Origin: Candidatus Bathyarchaeia archaeon
Lineage (GTDB): Archaea; Thermoproteota; Bathyarchaeia; Bathyarchaeales; Bathycorpusculaceae
DNA: 64,000 nt
Direction: 5' to 3'
Assembly (NCBI GenBank): GCA_050010755.1
Contig: JBEKKK010000004.1
Coordinates: 96,001-160,000, forward strand
The notes below the pieces were generated by a model. It did no database searches. It saw only the letters and a list, made by a program, of their open reading frames with translations, and was not told the DNA's origin. The position numbers and the translations under genes are program-made. Positions 55,395-64,000 of the stretch are shown piece by piece. The stretch's first letter is position 1, and each line of letters begins with the position of its first letter.

Positions 55395-55507
55395 TGGCGC
55401 CAGGGGTGGGATTTGAACCCACGCGGCCCCGAGAGGCCACAAGCTCTTAGGCGTTTCATTTGTAAACGTCTCCAGGCTTGCTCCCTACCTGGCTAGGATA
55501 CCCCGGC
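55395..55507 (-). tRNA. tRNA-Ser(GGA) with a 24-nt canonical 37/38 intron (55446-55469), long variable arm and encoded CCA
   Basis: GCCGGGG/CCCTGGC+GCCA; anticodon arm CAAGC-CTGGAG^A-GCTTG; variable arm GGCCTC/GGGGCC; GTGGG-TTCAAAT-CCCAC. Confidence 0.9.
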
Positions 55508-55782
55508 GCACCGAACCATGCTTCAAACTGAGCCTTCCCACTAGTTTGAAGTAGTTCCCACATTTCTCTCTGATGAGCAGAACTTAAAGCTTTATCGTGC
55601 ACTCGAATCTCAACATGTCTGACCAGCCAGTGCGCTCTGCCTAGTCAATGTACAGAATAGTACAGTATGTCCCTTGTAGGCGCGGGGTATCGGTGTTAAC
55701 GTACAATAGAACTTTCTTCTATAAAGCTTAAGAAGTAAAACAGCACATACGGACGTCGGGGAAAAATAAAGGAGAAGGAAAA

Positions 55783-57264
55783 ATGGATAGAAGAAAATAC
55801 GTTAGTTTGGCTTTGCTTGCTTCTCTGTTGCTCTTCGCTCTCGCAATACCGTTTGGCAATGCAGTTATAAACGACGCAAACTCACAAGGATTATTCAAGT
55901 ATCACGCAACCCCCGAAGTTGTCGACTTCAACAGGTATGGGGGAACAGGCTTCCTTTACAATACTGTTGTTGAACTTCGCAATGCTTATGATTTGAACCC
56001 GTTATACGCTGCTGGATTCGATGGAACAGGCCAGACAGTGGTCATCGTCGATGCATTTGGAAGCCCCACAATCTATCAAGACTTGCTATCGTTCATAGTA
56101 GACTACCAGAATACCCCAACTTACTTCAGCGCAAACCTGCCATGGACAACAATGGCTCAAGTGCAGAGTCATGTGAAGATATACTATCCTCAAGGACAGC
56201 CAGTGTTCGACCCTACTAGCTCAGATGAGCTTGGTTGGAGCCAAGAGACTACGCTTGACGTTTGCATGGTCCACGCGATTGCGCCAGGTGCAAACATCGC
56301 TTTGGTCATCGCTCCAAGCGACTATGATCTACCGCTTACCCAAGCCGTTCAATATGCGCTTGTGCACCATTTGGGCTCCGTGATTTCCCAGAGTTGGGGC
56401 GACCCAGAATGGGACATAGCCGCGGGTGGCAAGGTCGCAATTAAAGAAATGATGCAGGCTCACGCCACCTATATCCTAGCAGCACTCATGGGCGTAACCG
56501 TGTTCGCATCATCAGGAGATGATGGCGCATCAAACTTGGCCCAGTATTATCTTGCGCAGCCTTACAACAGCCCGCTGTATCCAAGCTCAGATCCCTTCGT
56601 CGTCGCAGTCGGAGGAACGAACCTCTTCATGACCCGTGCGGATGGCTACCAAGAGGGAACCGGAAACTGGACCAACAGGAACACTGGCTTGGGAAGAACA
56701 GCACCTGGTGTCACATACAACTACGAGATCGCAGGAAACGATTATGAAGGAATGGCCGCCGACGGATACCCAGCTCCATATGACGCTGTTACCACTGGCG
56801 GAGCTATGAGTCAGTTCTTCTCATTGCCGTTCTGGCAATATGGAATAACTATGACAAATGCTGACGGAACATCATTCAGACCCACAATGCGTTGCGCGTC
56901 GGACGTTTCATTCGACAGCGGAGTCTACGGTGGAATAGGTCCAATACCATGGAGCGTTTTAGGAACTGGCGCAGCTTACATCTTTGGAGGCACTAGCTGC
57001 GGTTCACCTTTCTGGGCCGCTTTGACAGCCATCGCAAACCAAAAAGTAGGCCATAACGTAGGATTCATCAGCCCAATATTATACCTAGACAAGACAACTC
57101 TCTACAGCAAGGGTGCTTTCCATGACATAACAATGGGCGACAACACATACCCAACGGGCTCCACGATGCTAGGCTATGAAGCAACAAAAGGCTGGGACGC
57201 ACCAACAGGCATTGGTAGTCCTGACGCAACAAACCTGATTCTGCAACTAAAAGGATTCTGCTAA
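55783..57264 (+). CDS. Secreted sedolisin-family (S53) peptidase
   Basis: Signal peptide; AY...G.GQTV.IVDA.G, ETTLDV (ExxxD), HAIAPGA.I.L, SQSWG, SSGDDG, GGTS..SP..A, F.DIT.G.N, GWD..TG.GSP. Confidence 0.9.
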   Translation: MDRRKYVSLALLASLLLFALAIPFGNAVINDANSQGLFKYHATPEVVDFNRYGGTGFLYNTVVELRNAYDLNPLYAAGFDGTGQTVVIVDAFGSPTIYQDLLSFIVDYQNTPTYFSANLPWTTMAQVQSHVKIYYPQGQPVFDPTSSDELGWSQETTLDVCMVHAIAPGANIALVIAPSDYDLPLTQAVQYALVHHLGSVISQSWGDPEWDIAAGGKVAIKEMMQAHATYILAALMGVTVFASSGDDGASNLAQYYLAQPYNSPLYPSSDPFVVAVGGTNLFMTRADGYQEGTGNWTNRNTGLGRTAPGVTYNYEIAGNDYEGMAADGYPAPYDAVTTGGAMSQFFSLPFWQYGITMTNADGTSFRPTMRCASDVSFDSGVYGGIGPIPWSVLGTGAAYIFGGTSCGSPFWAALTAIANQKVGHNVGFISPILYLDKTTLYSKGAFHDITMGDNTYPTGSTMLGYEATKGWDAPTGIGSPDATNLILQLKGFC

Positions 57265-57302
57265 GACACTGGCACAACCAAACTCCCTCCCTTTTTTTCT
57301 TT

Positions 57303-57461
57303 GCAAAACCAAGCAGCACGCGAGATTGAAAAAGCGACTCCGAGACTTTTCGACGGCTTCGCGGCAGGGCTTGGCAGTTTTTGTCATGGAGCCTCTCGAG
57401 GACAGTTACTTGCCGAGGATTGTCGGAACTCTTTCGTCATCGTCCACGAGAAGAATTGTCC
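57303..57461 (+). repeat. Two tandem bulged hairpins between convergent S53 peptidase and histidine kinase genes
   Basis: GCAAAA/TTTTGT, CCAAGC/GCTTGG, CGCGA/TCGCG, TTGAAAA/TTTTCGA (57303-57384); GGACAGTT/AATTGTCC (57400-57461). Confidence 0.6.
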
Positions 57462-57494
57462 CTTTTTCTGGGTCAAAAGTTTTTCCCGGTATCG

Positions 57495-60461
57495 TTAATC
57501 GTTATTTTGTAGACGAGAATTCCCTTCTTTGAGGATTGGCAGTCTTATCGTAAATTTAGTGCCTTTGCCGACTTGGCTTGTGAAGCTTATCGTGCCGCCG
57601 TGCCCTTCGATGAGTCTCTTGCAGACGGGCAATCCGAACCCCTGTCCTTTGGATTTCGTGGTGAACAGGGGTGTGAATATTCTCCCGCGGTCTGCCGGAC
57701 GAATCCCTACTCCAGTGTCTTCCACTGTTATGACAATCGCTTGCGGATTCTCCTTTCTGAATGCATTTATTGTCAGTTCTCCCCCATCTGGCATTGCTTG
57801 CACCGAGTTAGTGATGAGGTTGGTAAGTACTCTCCTGATTATGGAGGAATCCAAGTTTACAATAGGGAAGTTGTTCGGAATGCCAATTGCAACCGATACG
57901 CTTTGGGGAATGCTGCAAGTTGACAATGTTTCCTTAATCAGCATGCCGAGATCGGTCCTGACGAGCGAAGGCTTCACTGGCCGGGCATAATCCTGCAGGT
58001 CAGAAACAATCTTGTCCATGTAGAAAGTGGTCGACTTAACCTCTCTTAATGACTCTTTGAGTTCCCGTTTTTCTTTGGGAGGACAGTTTATTCTGTCCAG
58101 TTGTTCCTGGGCTAAATCGATGTTCCCCACGATGGCTTGTAGCGGATTCCGCAGATCGTGTCCCACCATTGCGGCCGTTCTGCCTATAGCGGCGAACCTT
58201 TCAGCCTCTCTCAGCTGTTCCTCTGCTCGCACGCGTTCAGTGATATCAAGTACCATCCCCACTGATCGGACGACACGACCGAACGAGTCCCTGATGTGGT
58301 CACATTTCTGTTGAACAACTCTCAGTTCGCCTGTTGATTTCTTCACGACCCTGTGATCGATCTCGTACGTTTCTCTTCCTTTACGCAACGAGGCTGAATA
58401 TGCAGCGTCGACGGCTGCACGATCATCGGGGTGAATTGCATCGAGAAAGGCTTCATACGTTGCTCCGAATTCTTGGGGTTCCAAACCGAAAATCCTGTAG
58501 ACTTCATCCGACCAATACAGATGATTCGTCGCTAAGTCAAGTTCCCAACTTCCAAGATGAGCGATCTCTTGGGTCTTACTCAGTCTTTGCTCACTTTCCA
58601 AAAGTGCACTCTCCGTTCTCTTGCGGAGGAACGCCTCGACCACAGCTGGCGCCAAAGCTTCGAGTGCTTCAAGTTCTGCTTGGCTGTAGCCGCCCTCGCG
58701 ATTTGCCCCTGCAATTATACCAATAGTTCTTCCTTGATTCTTCAAGGGAACGCATAGAAATGAATTGAGCGGAGGATGATCTGGTGGTAGCTCAATGCTG
58801 TCAGGGTGACTTGCGGGGTCATTCGTGAAGAGGCCTTTCCCGTCTATGATCACGCGGCCGTAAATTCCGTGGATTGGACCGTGCACAATGAACTGGTGAT
58901 GACCTAGAACATCAAGCTCTTTGCACTTATCCCAGCCGGGATTGCTGATGGCGATACTTCGCAACTCTTCACCGTCAAACTCGTCAATGAAGCCGAATTT
59001 GCTTCCAGTAAGCTCTCGAACGACGTCTAGGCACGCCTGTCCAAGCTCGAATTCCGATCTGCTGCTCAAGGCTTCCTGGAAAATCCTGTTGGTGCTTACT
59101 TGAATCATGTTCTTTAACCGAGCACTTTCTTCAGCTTTCAGGCGATCGGTTATTTCCGTTCCGTAGACGTTGACGTATCCTTCTGTGAGAATGGGCGTTA
59201 CCGTAAACAAGAACGAACGGTTGTTTATGGTCTCTAGAAGATCTAGATTCTCCTTGGCTGACAGTGCTCTCTTTACGTGCTGGCGCCAAGATTCAGACAC
59301 ACGTTGGCCTGGTGTCATGTTGATCGGTGCTGGAAGTTTTTGGCTTTCAGGGTTTGCATATAGTATTAAGCCTTCCTTGTCGATTCGTAGCACGGCATGA
59401 GGGTTCTCTGATGGAAACTTTGCGAGACTTATGAATTCTTTCTCCATTCTCTTGCGTTCGGTGATGTCGTGTCCGATAACTAGTGCACCTTCGAGGGTCC
59501 CATCTTTGTAGGTCGGCTTTACGTTGAGAATAACCCACAGTTCCTTTCCACTCTTGGTTATCGATTTGTATTCAACACTTTCATCAATCTTCTCCCCAGC
59601 CAACCCGCTCCGGATTCTGTCTTGGAAACGTTCTCTACTCTCGGGAACCAAGAGGGCAACAGGGTTCATCAAAAGCAGCTCTTCTCTAGAGTAGCCTGTC
59701 AATCTGCACATTGCATCATTCACGCTCTTGAATCGTGGACCATTATAGTCGATCTCAAAGATAGCCGTCGGCGCATACTGCAGGAGCTGTGCGTACTTTT
59801 CTTCATTGACCTTGAGCGCTCCCTCCTCCATCTGTACTCTTTCCAAAATGTCGGCGGCGTATTTGGCGAGCATGTCGAGCAACTCCAGTGTATGATCGTC
59901 CGGCCGATGTGGTGTCTTGTAGTGTGTTGAGAACATTCCGACAAGTTTTCCTGAAGTGCTTACCATGGGTGTAGACTGAACGGCTCGCACACCGGCTTTG
60001 AGGTGAATTGCTAGGCCAGAAGTGCCCACGAAGATTGGGCTTTGCTCAACATTCTCGACTATGATATGCTTCCTCTGCCTAAGCGCGGCACTACACGTCC
60101 CCCGACCTCCCAAAACCTTGTTCCAGTAATCAAGCCACCAATCTGGGAACCCGTGCTGAACCTCAATGAAGAGCTCCTTAGATTGAGGATCGAGAAGCTG
60201 AATATCGCCAAAATCAGCCTTAGAGGTAGCTAACGCTGCGTCGAGGGTCTCGGTCAGAATTGAATTCAGGTTGCCTCTATGCACGAATAATGCGCCGAGT
60301 TTCTGGAGCCTATCAATGGCGCTCAAGTTAGCTTCCAGCGTTTTCTCAACTTTTTTGCGTTTAGCGATTTCTCTCTCCAAATCGACTTTAGAAACAGTCA
60401 AGATCTTCGAGCCAGCACTCATTTTGTTAAGCGCCCGCGGACTTCGCTTTTTCGGTGTCAT
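57495..60461 (-). CDS. Cytoplasmic GAF-PAS-PAS-GAF-PAS sensor histidine kinase
   Basis: H-box VGHDLRNPL, N-box NLITNSVQAM, DTGVGI, FTPLFTTK..GQGFGL; PAS/PAC ends DITERK; no TM segment. Confidence 0.93.
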   Translation of the reverse strand: MTPKKRSPRALNKMSAGSKILTVSKVDLEREIAKRKKVEKTLEANLSAIDRLQKLGALFVHRGNLNSILTETLDAALATSKADFGDIQLLDPQSKELFIEVQHGFPDWWLDYWNKVLGGRGTCSAALRQRKHIIVENVEQSPIFVGTSGLAIHLKAGVRAVQSTPMVSTSGKLVGMFSTHYKTPHRPDDHTLELLDMLAKYAADILERVQMEEGALKVNEEKYAQLLQYAPTAIFEIDYNGPRFKSVNDAMCRLTGYSREELLLMNPVALLVPESRERFQDRIRSGLAGEKIDESVEYKSITKSGKELWVILNVKPTYKDGTLEGALVIGHDITERKRMEKEFISLAKFPSENPHAVLRIDKEGLILYANPESQKLPAPINMTPGQRVSESWRQHVKRALSAKENLDLLETINNRSFLFTVTPILTEGYVNVYGTEITDRLKAEESARLKNMIQVSTNRIFQEALSSRSEFELGQACLDVVRELTGSKFGFIDEFDGEELRSIAISNPGWDKCKELDVLGHHQFIVHGPIHGIYGRVIIDGKGLFTNDPASHPDSIELPPDHPPLNSFLCVPLKNQGRTIGIIAGANREGGYSQAELEALEALAPAVVEAFLRKRTESALLESEQRLSKTQEIAHLGSWELDLATNHLYWSDEVYRIFGLEPQEFGATYEAFLDAIHPDDRAAVDAAYSASLRKGRETYEIDHRVVKKSTGELRVVQQKCDHIRDSFGRVVRSVGMVLDITERVRAEEQLREAERFAAIGRTAAMVGHDLRNPLQAIVGNIDLAQEQLDRINCPPKEKRELKESLREVKSTTFYMDKIVSDLQDYARPVKPSLVRTDLGMLIKETLSTCSIPQSVSVAIGIPNNFPIVNLDSSIIRRVLTNLITNSVQAMPDGGELTINAFRKENPQAIVITVEDTGVGIRPADRGRIFTPLFTTKSKGQGFGLPVCKRLIEGHGGTISFTSQVGKGTKFTIRLPILKEGNSRLQNND

Positions 60462-60698
60462 AACAATCAGCTCCCCACATTTTCGACAGATGTGATGGAA
60501 CGGCCTCTCGAGAATACGAGACGCAAGAATGAGCGCGCCAAGAATATCACTGTAATTGCGACAAAAAGATTAGAAACCGAACCCAGTTTCATTTGCGGCC
60601 TCTCGAATCCTCAGATGAAGATCTATTCATCCCAATCTTTTTAATGCTTTTATTGCTTCCTAGAAAAGCATATTGTAGATTCAGAGACTTGACACTTG

Positions 60699-61730
60699 AT
60701 GAAATCGGACAATGCGATAGAAACGCACAATCTGACTAAAACATTCAAGTCACGGGACCGGAATACAGAGGCTCGAGGTTCCTTTTTCGACCGGAAAAAC
60801 CGCGAAATGATAACGGCTATTGATCATCTCAACCTAGAAATCAGAAAAGGCGAATTGTTCGGTCTGCTCGGGCCCAACGGGGCCGGAAAAACAACGTTGG
60901 TGAAAGTTCTTTGCACGTTGTTACCTCCGGACGAGGGAAACGCTATCTTAAACGGCTTCGATGTAGTGCGTCAACAGATGGATGTTAGAAGATCGATAGG
61001 CGCACTCTTCAGCGTGGGCGAAAGAGGAGCTTTCTGGAGGCTCAACGGTTACACGAACCTCGAATTCTTTTCAGCCATCTACAACGTTCCGAGGAACAAA
61101 AGACACGAGAGAATCATGGAAGTCCTAGATCTGGTAGGCTTGAGGGATAAAGCCTTCCAACGCTACCAGAGGTACTCGGGCGGAATGAAGAGGAAGCTGG
61201 CCCTAGCGAGGGTTTTGCTCCCGGACACGCCCATCTTGCTTCTCGACGAGCCGACCGTAGGCCTAGACGTCATATCCTCTAGGACTCTGAGGGACTTCAT
61301 AAAAAACGACCTGAGCAGAAAAGCAGGCAAGACAATTCTCTACACGACGCACTATGTCGAGGAAGCGTCTCAAATCTGCGATAGAATAGGCATACTCAAC
61401 AGGGGAAAGCTTGTCGCTTGTGACACGCCCAACAATATTAGGGGCATAGTGAAGAAGGGCGAAGTGGTTGAAATAAGAGTCAAGTCCATCACAGATGCCC
61501 AAATAGAAACGATTAAAACAATTGACGGCGTGACCGACGTGACCAGTGAGCTAGAAGACTCCGTGCTTGACCTGAGACGATTGCGCCTCCACCTGCAGAA
61601 CATAGGCTTTCTGCCGATGGTCTTGGACTTTTTCTTCAAAGAGAAAATACTGCTGATAGATCTGAAACGAGAAGAACCCACGTTGGAGGACGCTTTCATA
61701 GAGTTAACAGGAAGAAGCCTTGGAAAATGA
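60699..61730 (+). CDS. ABC-2 type exporter ATP-binding protein
   Basis: Walker A GPNGAGKTT, YSGGMKRK, LLLDEPT, TTH, C-terminal PTLEDAFI.LTG. Confidence 0.93.
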   Translation: MKSDNAIETHNLTKTFKSRDRNTEARGSFFDRKNREMITAIDHLNLEIRKGELFGLLGPNGAGKTTLVKVLCTLLPPDEGNAILNGFDVVRQQMDVRRSIGALFSVGERGAFWRLNGYTNLEFFSAIYNVPRNKRHERIMEVLDLVGLRDKAFQRYQRYSGGMKRKLALARVLLPDTPILLLDEPTVGLDVISSRTLRDFIKNDLSRKAGKTILYTTHYVEEASQICDRIGILNRGKLVACDTPNNIRGIVKKGEVVEIRVKSITDAQIETIKTIDGVTDVTSELEDSVLDLRRLRLHLQNIGFLPMVLDFFFKEKILLIDLKREEPTLEDAFIELTGRSLGK

Positions 61731-62521
61731 TGTCGCAGGAAATCGAAAAGATCTACTACTTCATAAAGAGAGACATCACCTCCTTTTCCAGTTACAAAAC
61801 GAACATGACTCTCATGGTCTTGGGCGCACTCTTCGGAGCTTTATCATATGCTTTCTTGGGCAACAACGCCTCCATGCAGAGCGTCCTTAATCTGTATCAC
61901 ATTTCCTTCAAAGACTACTTGGTCATAGGAGTCGCCTTCAGCACCTACATAGGCCAAGCACTTACACTCGTTCAGGCAACCGCCACTCCCTGGCAGCTGG
62001 AGGAAGTTTTGGTTTCTCCCACTCGCTTGGGCACTTTCATAATCGGTAGTTCCGCTTGGGGGTTCATATGGAGTACGGTTGTCGTGGTCATATACCTAGC
62101 TGTAGGCTATTTTGCCTTCGGCGTGATGCTCAGCATCAACATCATCGGCACAGTGCTCGTGCTGGGGCTTGGTATAAGTACGCTCGTAGGCTTCAGCATG
62201 ATAGGCGCCGGGATACTGATAGTGGTGAAACAGGGCGATCCAGTCACGTGGCTGATGGGCATATTGACAAGCGTTTTCGGCAACGTTCTCTTCCCGCCCC
62301 AGGTAATGCCCTACCCCCTTCAGGTCGTCTCCTACTTTGTGCCCCAATACTACTTTTTCACGTGCATCAGGCTCATGATGATCGGCAGATCCATACAATC
62401 TATTCTCCCAGACATCCTCACTCTGGCCCTCATGTGCGCCATAATCCTGCCATTGGGCTATCTCATCTACTCATGGTGCCTAAAAACTGCCAGAAAGAAC
62501 GGAACCCTATCCTGGTTCTAG
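61727..62521 (+). CDS. ABC-2 type exporter permease
   Basis: About 6 TM segments; LEEVLVSP, FPPQVMP..LQ.VSY.VP.YY; ATGA overlap with the ATPase gene. Confidence 0.9.
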   Translation: MMSQEIEKIYYFIKRDITSFSSYKTNMTLMVLGALFGALSYAFLGNNASMQSVLNLYHISFKDYLVIGVAFSTYIGQALTLVQATATPWQLEEVLVSPTRLGTFIIGSSAWGFIWSTVVVVIYLAVGYFAFGVMLSINIIGTVLVLGLGISTLVGFSMIGAGILIVVKQGDPVTWLMGILTSVFGNVLFPPQVMPYPLQVVSYFVPQYYFFTCIRLMMIGRSIQSILPDILTLALMCAIILPLGYLIYSWCLKTARKNGTLSWF

Positions 62522-62779
62522 AGCGCGCGCTAGGGGAAAGATTGAAAGACAGCGATATCGTGAGAAGCTATCTTGGAAAAGTGCACAACGTTGTGCTCTG
62601 TAACTTTGTTTGGAGGCCAACAACCACAGATACCGGAAATCCACTTGTTTTGGACAAGTCTTTCCATTTGTCTTTGGCTGTTGCAATCATAATTTAGTTC
62701 GTTACGTATTGTTTTGAAGAAAAGAAAAGCCCCCGCAAATGAGAAGCGGGTAGTCGTGTGTGCCTTTCATATTCTTCTT

Positions 62780-64000
62780 TTATCGTGACTCGAATCTTTT
62801 GGGCCGCGTGGCTTTCTTCTTGTAACATACCATTGCAATGAAAATTGCTGACATATAGAATGGCAAAATGATGAATGATGGAAACTCTGGTGTTACGACG
62901 ATTTGCTGTGCTGGAAATTGATAAGTGAGGTACAGAATGCTTTGGGTGCTGTTGGATTCGGGGAGAAGGGTATATCGTGCCTCAGTTCCGTTTACATAAA
63001 TCGCTACGGTTCCGTTGACCAATGCTGTCGGGATGCTGATTCTGCAGAACCCAGTTGTGCCGTTTTCACCTGACGCATTGAACGCTAGAGCGTTGCCGTT
63101 GAACTGGAAATCGGATATCGTGGAGTTGCAGACTGTTTCAACCGAATACTGTGGCGTGACGTTGAAGCTGTTGAACATGCCCAAGAGGGGATAGTGGTCA
63201 AGGTTTCCCACTTCGTAGGGTCCGACGTTATAGGGAATATTTCCAAAACCGTCATTGTTAGTATTGTTACCGTTGTAGTTGCTCCAGTAGTTTCCGCCGG
63301 ACGAGTTGCCGTTGTCCCACGTGTTGGGCCATTCTCCGCTTTCGCCCCAGTTGAACACTTGGATAGAATTGTTGATGAAGTTGTTGTTAAAGAACGTGTT
63401 ATATTCGGAAGCAAATAGGTTGACGCCTTTATTGCTACTGTTCACTATCGTGTTTGCTGTAAACATGGTGTTGTAAGCCTCTTCCACATATATGCCAACG
63501 TAGCTGTTTTCGATGTAGTTGTGGGTTATAACGCTGAGAGTCGGTACACCGACTGAGCATTCTAGGTAAATGCCGTAAGTGTTGTTTATTATCTGATTAT
63601 CAGATATGTAACAGTTCTCGCCACTATTGAGATATATACCAGAATCGTAAAACTCGGTTCCACTGTTTCTGACTGTGAACCCGCTCAGGGTCACATTATC
63701 AGATATTGCCACAACATTTCCTGTGCCGTTGCCGTCTATGATTGTTGACCCGCTGCCAGCTCCGATAAGCGATATGCTCTTGTTCACGACAACGTTTTCA
63801 AAGAATGTGCCCGGATATACAAAGATTGTTTGCCCATCTAACGTTTCGTTAGCGTTTATTGCTTCTTGAATTGTCGAGTAGTTCAAGCCTGTGCTGAGGT
63901 TGTGAACTGGTAAACTGCTTGATGCCTTCACTTGAGAACTGGTAAACCTCGCAAAAGACAAACAAGACATCGACAAAAGCAGGCAAAAAACAAAAACAAA
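62780..64000 (-). CDS. NosD/CASH right-handed beta-helix surface protein with PEF-CTERM-like sorting signal (5' end outside window)
   Basis: YSTIQEAINA, ENVVVNKSISLIG, beta-helix repeats, WD....GGNYWSNY.G, D.YPL; C-terminal PEFPS + TM + KKK. Frame is open to 64000 through a hydrophobic signal segment. Confidence 0.85.
   Translation of the reverse strand, partial: FVFVFCLLLSMSCLSFARFTSSQVKASSSLPVHNLSTGLNYSTIQEAINANETLDGQTIFVYPGTFFENVVVNKSISLIGAGSGSTIIDGNGTGNVVAISDNVTLSGFTVRNSGTEFYDSGIYLNSGENCYISDNQIINNTYGIYLECSVGVPTLSVITHNYIENSYVGIYVEEAYNTMFTANTIVNSSNKGVNLFASEYNTFFNNNFINNSIQVFNWGESGEWPNTWDNGNSSGGNYWSNYNGNNTNNDGFGNIPYNVGPYEVGNLDHYPLLGMFNSFNVTPQYSVETVCNSTISDFQFNGNALAFNASGENGTTGFCRISIPTALVNGTVAIYVNGTEARYTLLPESNSTQSILYLTYQFPAQQIVVTPEFPSFIILPFYMSAIFIAMVCYKKKATRPKRFESR

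Noticed and set aside
62056-62697. 213-aa alternative-frame ORF over the ABC permease, and similar shadow ORFs (e.g. 31378..32064, 45731..46324, 12090..12605)
   Set aside because: They overlap well-supported genes in another frame or strand and have His/Arg/Ser-skewed composition typical of shadow frames.
1-64000. CRISPR array, cas genes, integrase, transposase or provirus
   Set aside because: No regularly spaced repeats and no recognisable motifs of these proteins. The only long DNA repeats are inside surface-protein genes and between the hdrA paralogs.
55395-64000. Genomic island integrated at tRNA-Ser
   Set aside because: The accessory-looking genes lie on the 5' side of the tRNA. No duplicated tRNA 3' end or integrase is visible there.

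Overview
Archaeal chromosomal window, most likely Bathyarchaeia (TACK). This is inferred from the co-occurrence of a Cdv/ESCRT-III division operon, an H4MPT C1 pathway (fwdDBAC, mch), cohesin/dockerin surface proteins and BHB-intron tRNAs. About 55 CDSs are supported, covering housekeeping (valS, nucS, nre, lhr, ppa, mdh), the C1/cofactor cluster (13-23 kb), a fwdF-hdrA-hdrA::mvhD electron-bifurcation operon with no hdrBC in the window, and secreted or surface proteins. Features missed or mis-called by the ORF track include a TPP riboswitch before thiT, two intron-containing tRNAs (Asp with a D-loop intron, Ser with a 37/38 intron), three small ORFs, and two intact genes that seem to need non-canonical starts (CTG, ATC). 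The best leads are: a cluster of three COG1665-like nucleotidyltransferase paralogs beside a wHTH-mobB pair and the fwd operon; the asymmetric HdrA pair wired to FwdF; the riboswitch-controlled thiT plus PurM-fold kinase operon; an OSTC/DC2-like eukaryotic-signature protein; and several long bulged hairpins in intergenic regions. No CRISPR array, integrase or transposase was seen. All family calls come from motif recognition by eye, not from database searches.
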